From NCBI GenBank assembly GCA_002104945.1, contig MCFH01000010.1:806001-870000 (forward strand): a stretch of 64,000 nucleotides of DNA. Direction: 5' to 3'. A program made the position numbers and the translations under genes. Position 1 is the first letter of the stretch; every line of letters begins with the position of its first letter. Positions 31,943 to 44,675 of the stretch are shown here, in pieces. This stretch comes from Piromyces finnis finn (lineage: Eukaryota; Fungi; Neocallimastigomycota). The notes under the pieces are model-generated. The model made no database searches. It had not been told where the DNA came from and saw only the letters and a list, made by a program, of their open reading frames with translations.

Positions 31943-32524
31943 GGTTTTATAAAAATGAAGGGAAAAAAATTAACTATTTAATTATTTAAATACTCAAAAG
32001 CAAAATAAATCATTTTACAGATTTTCAATCATTTTTCAACCACAATAACAAAAAGAAATAAAAAAAAAAATATCAAAAAAAAAAAAAAAAAAATAATCAT
32101 ATGAATATAAATAAACAATTATATTTGCATTTATACTATATATATTTTTTAAATGTGTGTGCTATATATTTTATAAGTAATATTCTTAATTAAATGAAAA
32201 TATAAATATATTTTTTTTTTAATATATCTATATCTATTAGTTTTTTTATTTTTCTTGCTTTTGGTTCTAATAATTCTATATCATTATTTAAATTAAGTCT
32301 ACTTCTCACACCAAATACTACTGATTTCATTCCATTATAAATGTAAAAAGGTATCACTGAAAAATACTTTATATCATCATCATCATTATCATAATTATAT
32401 TTTAATAATTTATAACTATTATTTTGATTATATAAATCATATACTTCTATATCATAATCTATTTTTTCATATAATCTAATACTTAAATGTATAAAATATA
32501 TATATATTTTTTTCTTTTTTGAAT

Positions 32525-33077
32525 TTATATCTTTAAAGGTAAATCATCATTTGATGAAATAAATTTGTTTCTATTATTATTATAATTTTCATCACCTCTT
32601 TCCTTTTCGTCTTTGTTATTACTATTATTATTGCTATTAAATGTTTCACATGATAAAATAGTGTGTTTTATGGATGATAATATAACATTATCATTATTTT
32701 TATTATCGGAATTAAATTTCATATTTTGCTTATTACATTTTACAGAATCATTAGTAAAATGGTTATATGACAATTTCTCACAAACAGTATTTATTTTTTT
32801 ATATAATGAAGAAAATAAAATTTTATTCTCTTCACTAGCACTAATACATTCTTTAATCAGATCTTTCTTCAAAAAATATTTTTCATTCTTCATCTGAAGT
32901 AAGTGGTGCTTTTCCAGTCAATAAATAATAAAGGATGTAACCAAAGGAATGGATAGATGAATAATATGATAATTGGTACTGTTCAGATTCACCGAGTTGG
33001 TTAAATTCAGTAACGAACCAATTGTGTTTTTGGGGTTTCTTTAATTTATTCATTAAAGAAACCGAGTCATTGGACAA
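32525..33077 (-). pseudogene. Frameshifted fragment resembling a protein-kinase C-lobe
   Basis: SIHSFGYILYYLLTGKAPL resembles subdomain IX. LIKECISASEENKILFSSLYKKI, in a different frame, resembles subdomain XI. No intact HRD/DFG motif or N-lobe was found. Confidence 0.4.
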
Positions 33078-33713
33078 AATTTTTTAGAGAAAATAATAGA
33101 ATTAAATTTAAATAAAAGGAATAATTTTTTAGGCTATATTACAAAAAGAATTTCCTTGTTTAAAAAAAAAAAAAATAGTATTTAAGAATAAATTTTTATA
33201 AACAAGATTTAGCATTTATGATATTCTTTTTATTCTATTCTCTTGTGTTGATATATCATTATTTCCCTTTGAAAAGGTTTAAATATTTATTTCATATTAT
33301 AACTTTGAAATTTATGTTCTGAAAAATAAACCATTGGATTAGTATATTATTAAAATGTACATTTAGTAACTTCATTTAATTATTTTCCTCAAGAAAAATA
33401 ATTTCAAAAAGAATTGATTTTATTATTTTTTTTATATTATAACTTTTTCCAAATAAGCAAAATTTATGGATTAAATATACAAAATATATAGAAAAAAAAA
33501 ATTTAACTATAAAATATTATAAATTACACTTTACCATTAAACTTTTACATATTATTATTTATATTTTTATATACTATATACTATACATTTTTAAAATGGT
33601 TTTATTTTTATTTTTGGTAATATTTAAGCAAAAATGTAAAAAAAATATATATATATATATATACTTTTTTATCTATTTTTCTTCAGTATTAAAAAAAAGA
33701 TAAAAAAAAAGGT

Positions 33714-33747
<34 letters not shown>

Positions 33748-34252
33748 CAATTATATCAATAACAATACCAACAATAACAATGATAAAAAAGGACTTAATA
33801 TAGTTTATGATGTTATAATATTTTGCTGTAATTATGATTTCTAATTATTATTATTTTTATTATTATTTAGTTTTTTATATAATCTTTGAATTTATTTTTT
33901 TTTATTTATTTTTTAAAATTAATTTTATTATTATTATTATTTTTTTAAATAATTGATTTAAGGAAAATATTTTCTATTTATTATTATTATATTCATTATC
34001 ATTATTAAAATTAAAAGCTGAATTGGTATTATTATTATTATTTTTATATTTTATTAATTATTAATAAAAAAGTTAAATTGTCTAGACTATTCATTTTTTT
34101 TTTTTTTTTTAATTATGAAAGTGATTAATATTTTTAATTTCACTATATACTTAATATATTCGCAATAAAAACCATTATTAAAATTAATAGGAAAAAGAAT
34201 TATTTTTTGATTGGATTCCTATTTAAAGTAGAAATCATTTCAAAGATTCATT

Positions 34253-37200
34253 CTATAATTTATAAGATTGATCTTTAATGAGTTGTTCATAATTTGGAGG
34301 TGTTATAACAGGAAATAGGAATGGACTATTGTATGTAGAAGCATCATCTTGTGAAATTAAATTTATATCTACTGAAATAATTTCTTCTTCATCTGAGTAT
34401 TCATCACTAGAAGATGATATGGATGATTTATTATATATTATAGATGTACTTTGATCTGTGGCATTTGGTATATTTTTGTATTCTGTAACTGTAGTTGAAT
34501 CAGATGTACGACTAGTATCTGTTCCAACGGAGAAATCATTATTCTCTAAATTTACATGATGATGAGTATAAGTTGGTGTTGGGGCTGTAAAGCTTTGTTC
34601 CATACTACCGTCTTCTTCAATTCTACTTAATGGAGAATAGTTATTCCTTACCATAATTGAATTGTAGAATGAGAGTGGTGATGCTTTTCTCTGTATAGCT
34701 GTAGTTAAATGATTTGAGCTTTTTGGATATATTGGTGAAGATACTCCAGATGAAAGTAATTTCTTCTTTATGGTGTGGCTTTTAATTAAAGGCGAAGTAT
34801 TATGATACATTACATCATACTTTCTTTTTTCTGGCATTCTATTTGATAATTTTGGAATGTTGGTGTTAATAGTATTTGTGTCTGATTCTTGACTTTTTGA
34901 GACTAATTTTGGCGATTCATTCTTGGTATTATTAATGATATTCTCATTAAAAATGAAAGAGGGAATTGGTTGTGAAGAAGATAATTCTTCATCTTCGATA
35001 CTTTTATTTTCCTGACTACTAGAAGACTCAGTAGAAGATGTATCACGAATTGATTCAGTTCCATTTGAATAATCGTCTATGTTAGATTTAATAAACTTTG
35101 GTGTTGATTCTGGTGTTATATTAGGTGATGGGTTAGGCGAAGAATGATCAGAAAGTATATGAACCTTACCAGGTATAGGATGAAGTTTTCGAGATTGCAT
35201 TTGAAGAATTGAATCTGATATAATATCACGTAATAGTGGAACAGTTGCATCTGGATTTGAATTATAATAGGAGGATGAAAATGATGACTTTAAAGAATCA
35301 ACTTTTGAATCACCTTTTTCCTCTATAACTGGTTGACTATTTACAATTGAAAAGGGTGAAGTTGTCTTTAAGCTAACATTTTCTTGTTCCTTATCTTTAT
35401 TTTTGGTATTATTAAATAATAATGAATTATTTAATGTTTTAGCACTATCTAAACTTTCGGGACTATGATTAAAATAATTTTTAGTTTCTTTATTAATTGT
35501 CATATCTAATGACAAATGATTTACAGTAATGTTCATATTATTATTACCAAAACCATTGTTTTGGTTATTATCATCTTTAGATTTCTTTGAAAATTGAGAT
35601 GAATTTATATTTGATTCGGATGCATCAGTATTTTGAATAAAATGCTGTAAAGAAGTAGATTGACTTTTGCTTTCTGTAGTTTTATTTATACTTTGGGATG
35701 GACTATAAAGAGTCAAAGAGAATGAGGCTTCATTGTCTATATCATCTACCATTGAGTTCTTTTCTTTATTTCTAGTGTTAGTAATAATTGTTGGTGGACG
35801 CATTGATCCAGAATGCTTTCTTTTTCTATGTGTTGAAGAAGAACGTCTTTTTTCCTTTTGCGATGAATATTGTGATCTTTTTGGAACACTATCCTTAATA
35901 CGTTGTGGAAGCTTTTCAGTTTCATTAACAGTATGATGTCCTTCTTTTACATCAGAAGAATAATTAGATGAAGAACAAGAAACTACTGAAGTAGACGATT
36001 TAAGAGATGCTCCACTCCATGGCTCTGAAGTATTCTTCTTCAAAACTGTTTTACTATTTTCTAATTCATTAGCTATATTATCACTTATACCTGACTTTGA
36101 TGAAGATTGCAATGGAGAAGTAACTTTATTGTTGCTTATGATATTTGTATTAGAAGAAACAGCACTTATAGGGCTACTTACTGTTAACTTTTTATATGAT
36201 GGAATAGCATTACTCGAATGATAAGAAAAAGTCGAATGAGTAGAATGTTCAGAAGTTGAATGTGCCAATAATGAATAGCTCTTACTGCTAAATGATGTAT
36301 TCATTTCATGATTTTCATTTATATCTTTAATAGTATCATCTTCATCGTGATTACTTGATTGATTATTATATCCGTAGATATTTTGAACAGTTTGACTTGT
36401 TACTGATGATGTATTACTTTTAGTGGTAGGAAAAGAGCTTTGATAATAATAATTTTTATATTTGTCTAAAGCCATTGGCATTGAGGCATTTTGATATCTT
36501 TGGATTTCAGCAAAATTAAGTGAAGCACTAGAATTTGAATGCATATCATCATCTCTTGAAGATGCAAATGCTAAATGATTAGGTGGATTGATAAGTGAAT
36601 GATGTTGACGACGATATGATTTAGGGGGTTTAGCAGGTTGATTCATAGAATAAAGAGATCTTCTATCAATTAAAAGATTATGACTTCTATCCAACTTTTC
36701 ACCCATTTCTATTCCATAACCATTTGATATATTATCATCATCGTCTTCATTAGTATCAAAACTTTCATTATTAAAATTAACCGATCCATTAAAACTATTA
36801 TTTAAAAACTTTAAATTAATATTTTCATTTTGATATTGACTATTTCCCCCATTGCTTGGATTAGAGTAGTAAGAATATATTGCACTTTTTACCATAGGTC
36901 CGCTTATGTTACTATTAATACTACTAGAATTATTTTCTTTTAAAAGATCAAATATTTTTTCTCTTTCTCTGTCAACTGCTTTGTCTTTTCCTCCATCATT
37001 ATATTTTGAGTTTTTCTGAGAAAATGAAAAGCTAATATTATAATCAAAATTATTTAAGTTACTTGATGAACTGTTAAATGACTGTTTTTTAAACTCATGA
37101 CCTTCTATTATATTGCTATCACTATCATAGTAACTTTTAATTAAAGGATTTATATCAGATTCTGATATTTCTTCAAACTTCATATTTTGAGATGTAGATG

Positions 37201-39907
37201 TTCCTGAAGATTGTGCTTTTCTTTGCTTATTTTTTTCTGGTCTTACTTCAAAAAAATTATAAAGACCTGAAAATTCCTTTCCTTTTCTTTGAGTATTTGT
37301 ATTATCTATTTCTTGTTCTGAATCATTAATACTTGGAATGATTGACCCTTCTTTTCGAACATCCATATAAATTGATCTAGAAATAGATGATGAAGAAACA
37401 GAAAGAGTTTTCTTACTTGAGGCTGTTTCTTCAATTATTTCTTTTCTATCATCTTCATTTTCTTCATCTTCTTCAATCACAACAGATGAACTGATATAAC
37501 TTGAATTACTCTTTTCTTTTAATTCCTTAATATTCTTACCATCTTCGACCACGTTACTTACATTTTTTAATGAAAGCGAAGGCAATTCATTATCTAATGG
37601 AGAACGTTGGTATGAAGTACGTTTTTTTGAAGGAAGTGGTGAAATAGAAGTACGTTTGGAATATGGGGAATGAGAAGGTACTGAAGTAGTATTAGAAGAT
37701 ACTGTAGAAATAGATGGTTTTTTATATAATTTTAATACTAAACTATTATGATCATTATGATCTGAAATTTCAGAATAGTTTGAAATCAATGAAAGTCTTT
37801 GCTTTGAATAATAACGAGAAGAGCGTTCACTATTTCTTTTATTTTCAGTTTTTATATTTTCATCAATACTATAAGTTAATGATGTATGCTTATCTCCATT
37901 ATCGGATAACGGACTATGTATAAAATGTCTACTACCTCTATTATTTCTTTTTGCATTATTTAGGGAATCACTACTAGGGCTTACAGAGGAATTTAATGCT
38001 GCTGAATTCTCCAATTTATCAATAAGCAATGACACACGAGTTAAAGCAGAAGATTCATTTTTATCCTTTTCTTCCATTTCTTCTAATGTTTCTTTATCAG
38101 TTTTTTTCCATGAAAGTTTTGCAGCAGTGGCAGGTGATGGTGTATTCTCATATGTTTCATAAATATCTTTATTTTCTTCTATTACAATTACTTCATCATC
38201 AATTTTTTCTTCATCTAATTTACTTTCTTCATTAAGTTGATTTTCAATTTCGGATGTCATTACAGAAAGACGTTTATTAGAAATAAGACTAATTGGTCTT
38301 GGAGAAACCAATTCTTCATCTACAACATTATGTACACTATGAGCGCTTTGGGCACTATGAATACTTTGTAAACTTTGAATGCTGTGACGAAATTTTGTTT
38401 TTTCTATTTGATGCTCAGAAAGAATAGAACTATGTTTATCTATTAATACTGGTGTTAATTGTTCAGTATAAGAAAGATGTTTCCTAACCTTTATAACCTT
38501 TACTTTATCAGATGGTAATCTTGCTGATTGAGAGCGTAAAGCATTGGCTTCTTTTAATTCAGCCAAACTTATATTTGATAAAATTGGTTTTAATTGTTCA
38601 GTATAAGAACGACGATTTTCTACTTTTTTCTTCTTTAATGTTATTTCTCCATCTTTTTTAATGTTATCTTGATTCTCTTTATTATTATTATCAATTGAAT
38701 TTCTCAATGATGATGAACTATATTTTTCTTGATTTTGAAGCAAAGATATTCTTTTATCATCTGAAATTATATCTGTTCCTTGGGTATCTAATGTAGTGTT
38801 TGAGAGCTCATAATGGCCATAACTAGATTTTTGTGCCATAGATTCAGTAGTTGCTGTAATCAATGATGTTGATAATGGTTTAGTTGTAAAAAATGAAGGG
38901 GATTCATCTTGATTTTGAATAAATGGGCTGTTACTAGATCTATTTAGAAGTCTATGTTTTGGCACTGTAGAAGAAGATTGCACAATGGAATTTGGGGAAA
39001 TAGTTTTAGGTGAAATTTTATAACCATTTTTCGATGAATTTCCATATTTTAATCCAGAAGTATTTATTCTAAGATCTTCATGAATAGAAGAAATGACTTG
39101 AGGACGAGATAAATAACCTCTTATTGTTGATCTGTTTGTTGTTGTAGGAATATATGACATTGAGTTAATGTTATTTATATTAGTATTTGTAGTAATTGTT
39201 GTTGTTGTGGTTGTGGAAATTGTTGTGGCCGAATCTATTGGACTATTAATATTGTGATTTGGAACTTCATCATAGAATAACATATTATTATGGCTATTTA
39301 AATAAAGCGAAGGTGGTTGCTGTACTGCATCTTGCGCTTGATAGGCTATAGGATCTTGTAGAAGATTCAAAGAATAAGAAGATTGATGACGATAATTATC
39401 AGTTGTATTATTTAATGAATAATAAGAATAGGATGGCTTTAGACTATGAACGCTTTGAGTCGTTGTATTTATACTATTTAAGCTTTGATATTTATCTCTT
39501 GATTTTCCTTGCATCTCACTTGTACCTTCACTTATATAACTTAACTTATCTTTTCTTGTATTATTTTTATTATCATAAGAAACATAGTTTGATAATGATG
39601 TTATATTATCATCATCTTCATAACCATCAATATATGCTACTTTTTTAATTCCACCTTGATTTGTTGTATTATTTTCATTTTGAACATATGATAGGAAATT
39701 GTAATGTGTAGTTAATACTGAATTATTATTTGATGATAGTTGCCTTTCTTTTCCTCGTGTTTCTCTATATAATTCAAGCTTTAAGCGTTTTACTTTACGT
39801 TTATAATATTCCACATAAATACAACTTACTAACAATACTAATAAAATTACAACGATAACACCCCCGTAAATTAAATATGTCTTTGTATTATCTTGTTCTG
39901 GCATCAT
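34253..39907 (-). CDS. Large single-pass membrane protein (1884 aa) with a S/N-rich disordered cytoplasmic region
   Basis: A 5.65-kb uninterrupted ORF in a stop-rich genome. Hydrophobic segment LIYGGVIVVILLVLLVSCIYV is followed by basic KRKVKRLK. C-terminal PPNY. Upstream exons cannot be excluded. Confidence 0.85.
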   Translation of the reverse strand: MMPEQDNTKTYLIYGGVIVVILLVLLVSCIYVEYYKRKVKRLKLELYRETRGKERQLSSNNNSVLTTHYNFLSYVQNENNTTNQGGIKKVAYIDGYEDDDNITSLSNYVSYDNKNNTRKDKLSYISEGTSEMQGKSRDKYQSLNSINTTTQSVHSLKPSYSYYSLNNTTDNYRHQSSYSLNLLQDPIAYQAQDAVQQPPSLYLNSHNNMLFYDEVPNHNINSPIDSATTISTTTTTTITTNTNINNINSMSYIPTTTNRSTIRGYLSRPQVISSIHEDLRINTSGLKYGNSSKNGYKISPKTISPNSIVQSSSTVPKHRLLNRSSNSPFIQNQDESPSFFTTKPLSTSLITATTESMAQKSSYGHYELSNTTLDTQGTDIISDDKRISLLQNQEKYSSSSLRNSIDNNNKENQDNIKKDGEITLKKKKVENRRSYTEQLKPILSNISLAELKEANALRSQSARLPSDKVKVIKVRKHLSYTEQLTPVLIDKHSSILSEHQIEKTKFRHSIQSLQSIHSAQSAHSVHNVVDEELVSPRPISLISNKRLSVMTSEIENQLNEESKLDEEKIDDEVIVIEENKDIYETYENTPSPATAAKLSWKKTDKETLEEMEEKDKNESSALTRVSLLIDKLENSAALNSSVSPSSDSLNNAKRNNRGSRHFIHSPLSDNGDKHTSLTYSIDENIKTENKRNSERSSRYYSKQRLSLISNYSEISDHNDHNSLVLKLYKKPSISTVSSNTTSVPSHSPYSKRTSISPLPSKKRTSYQRSPLDNELPSLSLKNVSNVVEDGKNIKELKEKSNSSYISSSVVIEEDEENEDDRKEIIEETASSKKTLSVSSSSISRSIYMDVRKEGSIIPSINDSEQEIDNTNTQRKGKEFSGLYNFFEVRPEKNKQRKAQSSGTSTSQNMKFEEISESDINPLIKSYYDSDSNIIEGHEFKKQSFNSSSSNLNNFDYNISFSFSQKNSKYNDGGKDKAVDREREKIFDLLKENNSSSINSNISGPMVKSAIYSYYSNPSNGGNSQYQNENINLKFLNNSFNGSVNFNNESFDTNEDDDDNISNGYGIEMGEKLDRSHNLLIDRRSLYSMNQPAKPPKSYRRQHHSLINPPNHLAFASSRDDDMHSNSSASLNFAEIQRYQNASMPMALDKYKNYYYQSSFPTTKSNTSSVTSQTVQNIYGYNNQSSNHDEDDTIKDINENHEMNTSFSSKSYSLLAHSTSEHSTHSTFSYHSSNAIPSYKKLTVSSPISAVSSNTNIISNNKVTSPLQSSSKSGISDNIANELENSKTVLKKNTSEPWSGASLKSSTSVVSCSSSNYSSDVKEGHHTVNETEKLPQRIKDSVPKRSQYSSQKEKRRSSSTHRKRKHSGSMRPPTIITNTRNKEKNSMVDDIDNEASFSLTLYSPSQSINKTTESKSQSTSLQHFIQNTDASESNINSSQFSKKSKDDNNQNNGFGNNNMNITVNHLSLDMTINKETKNYFNHSPESLDSAKTLNNSLLFNNTKNKDKEQENVSLKTTSPFSIVNSQPVIEEKGDSKVDSLKSSFSSSYYNSNPDATVPLLRDIISDSILQMQSRKLHPIPGKVHILSDHSSPNPSPNITPESTPKFIKSNIDDYSNGTESIRDTSSTESSSSQENKSIEDEELSSSQPIPSFIFNENIINNTKNESPKLVSKSQESDTNTINTNIPKLSNRMPEKRKYDVMYHNTSPLIKSHTIKKKLLSSGVSSPIYPKSSNHLTTAIQRKASPLSFYNSIMVRNNYSPLSRIEEDGSMEQSFTAPTPTYTHHHVNLENNDFSVGTDTSRTSDSTTVTEYKNIPNATDQSTSIIYNKSSISSSSDEYSDEEEIISVDINLISQDDASTYNSPFLFPVITPPNYEQLIKDQSYKL

Positions 39908-41781
39908 TTATACATTTAATATTATTTTATAAAAACTTAATTTAGTAAATAATAAATGCTTATTTATTTATATTGATATTCATTTATAAAAAATACAATT
40001 TTTTGAATATTTTATATTATTTAATTATTTTAGTTTTAAATAATTTTTATGATATATTGGTGATTTAAAAATACTTTTAATGTTTAATTATACTATTCCT
40101 TTTATTGTTAAAAGAATTATAATTGATATTATATATCTAATTAACATAAATAATAAAAATATAATTTAAAATATCTTGATATATAATATTTCGGATTTAT
40201 TTCTATAACAAATTTTTCATATAAATTATTTCTTTACTTTTCAAAAAGAAAAAAATTTATTCTTAATTCAATAATAAGTGAAAAAAAGTTGTTTTTTTTT
40301 TTTTCCCGTTTTTTTCGATAATCTAAAATTTTATAATATGAAATATTTATACTTTTTGATTTTGTGTATGGTATATTTTTTATAAGTGCAATAAACAATT
40401 ATTGAATTATTTATTAATAAATAATAATTCGTGATCCTTTTTTTTTTTTTTTTGAAAAAATCTTATTATTTGAATTTTGAAAAAATTAAAACATATATAG
40501 ATATAAATATTTGTATTTTAATCTTTTATATTTAAATGAAAATTGTAATACTTTAAATCTATATATATTGTCCAAAATTTTTTGTTTTATTTTATTGTTA
40601 CTTTTTTTTTTATATTATTATTATTTTTGTTTTTGTTTTTCTTAATAGAATTATCAATATAAGATAACTATTGAATTTAAAAATACCAATTTAATCTAAT
40701 ACACCTTTGTTTTTTATTTTTAAATAATTGATTTCTGTCATAAATTGACTTTCATTTACAAATTATATTTTTATATTTTCATTTTTTCATTTTTTTTTTT
40801 CTCTCTTCCAATTTTATTTAATAAATAATAATTATAATAAATTACTTTATTACAATTATTATTATAATTTTATTATTAATATTATTATAATACTAATAAT
40901 ACTATAATAAAATTTTGTAATATATATTTTTTTTTTTAGAAAGAAGAAAAATATAAAAATTAATTATTGAATAAAAAAGTTTGTACTATTCCACTAATAT
41001 ATATTTATTAAATAATTTTAATTAATAATTATTCTTACAAATATGATCATTAACTGTATCATTTTAATTTTTAAGCTATATTTGGATTTAATAATAATTG
41101 TAATAGGTGATAGAGGATGAATAATTAAATAGTTATTATCATTTATTAAAAAATAAGATTTATTATTCTTTTTTTGTACAATATAATTTTATATTGTGTA
41201 TTATATTTTTATTATTAAAAATTCTTATTTTATTTTATATATATTAAACAGAGTTTGTATTACAAATTCTTTTTCTCACTGGTTTATTTATAATATATAA
41301 AATATAGATTAATTTTTTAATATAAATAAATAAATACATAAATAAATAAATACATAAATAAATAAATAAATAAATACATAAATACATAAATAAATAAAAG
41401 TTATTTATGATTAAAATATGGCTCTAACTTTACTATATAATAAAATTTATAGTTAAATAACCTTTTTATTATAGTATTATAGTAAGGGCTTCAAAAAAAA
41501 CATATAATAAAATAATAAAAAACATTATTTATAAAATATTTTCTATTAATGATACTATATATACTTAATAGAAAACTATTAGATGCAAGAGATAACAAAG
41601 AATAATAATAAAAGTTATATTGAAAAATGAAAATCAATTTAATTTGAAGAGTTAAAACGTTTTGTAAGGAGAAATTAAATCTAATAATAATAAAAAAAGA
41701 ATAATGTAAAAACTATTATTCCTTTTTTTTACAATATATTATATATATGAATTTCGAAGAAATCTTTATTATTGATAATGG

Positions 41782-41820
<39 letters not shown>

Positions 41821-42283
41821 GTATAGATTTTATATTACATATAACAATAGTCATATATTGATATTAATAGAAAAAACTTTTAATTTATTAAAGTATATAT
41901 ATACAAATATTTTTAATTTATATAATATTTCTATTGTTTTAAAACATATCTAAAATAGTTTTGTGTAACTATAAAAATTTATTTTTTAATAAATTAAAAA
42001 AAATTGAAATTAATTAAAAAAGTATTATAATATTTAAAAATTTAGGAATTATTATTAATTTAAAATTTTATTGGATGAAATGAAAAATACTATATGAAAT
42101 TTGAAACTTTTATTAATGATATCTAAAAAATATATATAATAAGGTTTTTCATTTTATAAAGAAAATGAATAGTATTCTAACTTTATTTCTAATAGTTTGA
42201 TATATAAAAAACTGTGTTAATTTTTAGCCAAATTTATATTTTCCAAAAAAAAAAAAAAAAGGTAAAAAAATGTCTCAATGTAA

Positions 42284-42750
42284 TTTTTTTAACTTACTCT
42301 GATTGATGGGCGAAATGTACTCGTAAGTCCCAATGGTGATTCTTAGAGAAACGTTGGCTCCTTTCTATTGCTAGGTAGTTGTAATCCTCCTTGTCTGTCA
42401 TACTGAATTTTCAGCTTCGACTCTCACTTAATCCATGTACATTAGATGTAATTATAATGCTAAGTCTCATATAGTGAACTTGATCACGTGTTAAATGCCT
42501 AATGTTTACAATTAAATTAAGGAATGTAGACTAAGGCACCATTTTTGAAGTCATAAGTTGAAATGTTCCATTTAAACTTCAATCCTCTAAGACCGGCTAG
42601 ATGAGTGTTCATATCAGTAGTAAATTAGAAAGTGAATTAATATTTACCTGAATATCATAACTTAACCTATGGAAGAACCCAATGGGGAAAATCCACTGGG
42701 ACGACAGTGTCACATGATACGTGACTTCAGGTCAATTCACATAAAGGTTA
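42284..42750 (-). mobile_element. SINE-like retroposon, copy 3 (older, diverged, rearranged)
   Basis: Colinear similarity to 18414-18861 with many substitutions and indels; short T-run at 42284-42290. No clear TSD; the 5' boundary is approximate. Confidence 0.8.
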
Positions 42751-44675
42751 AGATAATAATAAATTAATAATAACTTTAATTAATAATAAAATTAATTAAT
42801 AAAAAAAATTACTATGTCTAATATAAATATAATTAATATTAAATAATTAAAATAATGTTCTTGATTTTATAATTAAGTTCCAAAGATAATAAGATATAAT
42901 AAAAAGGAATTTTAGTAATAGTTTAGTAATATCAATAGTGAATAAATATTATATTTGTTTAAGTAAAATGATTATTTAAATATGTATTATTAGTAAATAA
43001 ATGTATAATATATTTTAATAAATAAAGATAAATATCTAATAATAATAAAATGATTCTTATGTTTAAATAATAAATAAATAAAAAATAATTAATTAATAAA
43101 TATATCTCATAATTATTAATAACTGGTATATATTATTTCAGCATAATTCCTTGTTACATCCTTTAAATAATAAAATTATGATTTTTTATTTAATAAAATA
43201 TCATACAATGTAATGAAATTGTTTCTTAATATTATTTGAATAATAAAAACATTAATATACTATATTTATTATTATTAAATATTTATAATATTATTAATAA
43301 TATTAAGAATGATGATATTATAAACATTATATAGGATTATTTTATATTATTCTTTTTATTTAAAAGTAAAATAAAAAATTATATTTGAAAATTTATTATT
43401 ATAATCAATGATAAATATACAAATAATTATAAAGTATTATATTTAGAAGATTTAGAAGATTATATTCCATATTAATAAATAAAATTGAAAGTTAATTATT
43501 AGAAACATATACAAATATGTTTATTCATAAACATATAATGTAGAATAATATGTAATAAATGTATTGGAAAATAGGAATATAATAAATATTTTATATATAG
43601 ATAATTTTCTATAATAATTATATGTTCATTAAATATATTTTAATATAGTTAATATATCTAAACTAAATAAAAGTTTTATGTGAAATAGATTACATTTCTT
43701 TTATGAATTTAGCTATCCATTAGATTTTATAGGAATTTTTTTTTGATATTTTATATATTTTGACTATTTTATTTTGAAAAAATATGTTAATAACACATCA
43801 AATATAATAAAATATAAAAATATAAATGTACATATATTTATATATAAATTTTAAATAATCAAATATTTATAATATTATGTTATACATATTTCTTGGTTTA
43901 AACATTATTAAAATTCAAAGGAAAATTTTATTAATATCAAAAAAAAGTAATAAAATGAACACTTTATATATATATATATTTAGAAATTTATTAAATATAC
44001 TTTTTAAATAGAATGAAAATATTTTCTTTTTAATTTCAATAAATACAAATTAACTTATTTAGTTAATACCGATATTTTTTTAAACTATTTTAATATTTAT
44101 TATATAATTTTTTTTATTAATCCCAAGCTTCTAAAGTTTTTGTAAATATTTCAATTTATCCATTTTTTATATAAATTTTTTTATTTTTATTATAAAAATT
44201 CTTAAAATTTTATTTATATATAAATACAGATGTATCCTTCATTTAATAATGAAACAAACTAAATTATAAAACACGAACAATAATAATATTAATTGTGAAT
44301 TAAAGTATAAACAATGTATTATTTGTATATTATAAAACTATTTTTTTAATTTACTTATTTTACATTTTATTATTTATTTTTAATCAATAACTATATAATT
44401 ATTTTTATAAATAATTTTTTTATACAATTATCATATTATATTATTACTATTTTCCTTGTAATTTACAATTTAAAAATGTTAATATTTATTAATTTTTAAT
44501 CATAATAAATCATTTTACTATTTGAATTATTGAATAGCATTATTAATACCACTTTTTTTTTTAATGTATTAAATTTTTATTAATTATTTTTTTAATTATT
44601 ATTATTATTATTATTATATTTATTATTTTCTTTTTATAATGCGAGCCTTTTTTGAGATGGAAAAGGTATAGATAT

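Noticed and set aside
35733-39648. Short plus-strand ORFs inside the 1884-aa gene (and similar antisense ORFs in other genes)
   Set aside because: Antisense shadows of real coding sequence.
44232-44240. Perfect U12 donor GTATCCTT
   Set aside because: No flanking exon or matching CCTTAAC branch site; probably chance.
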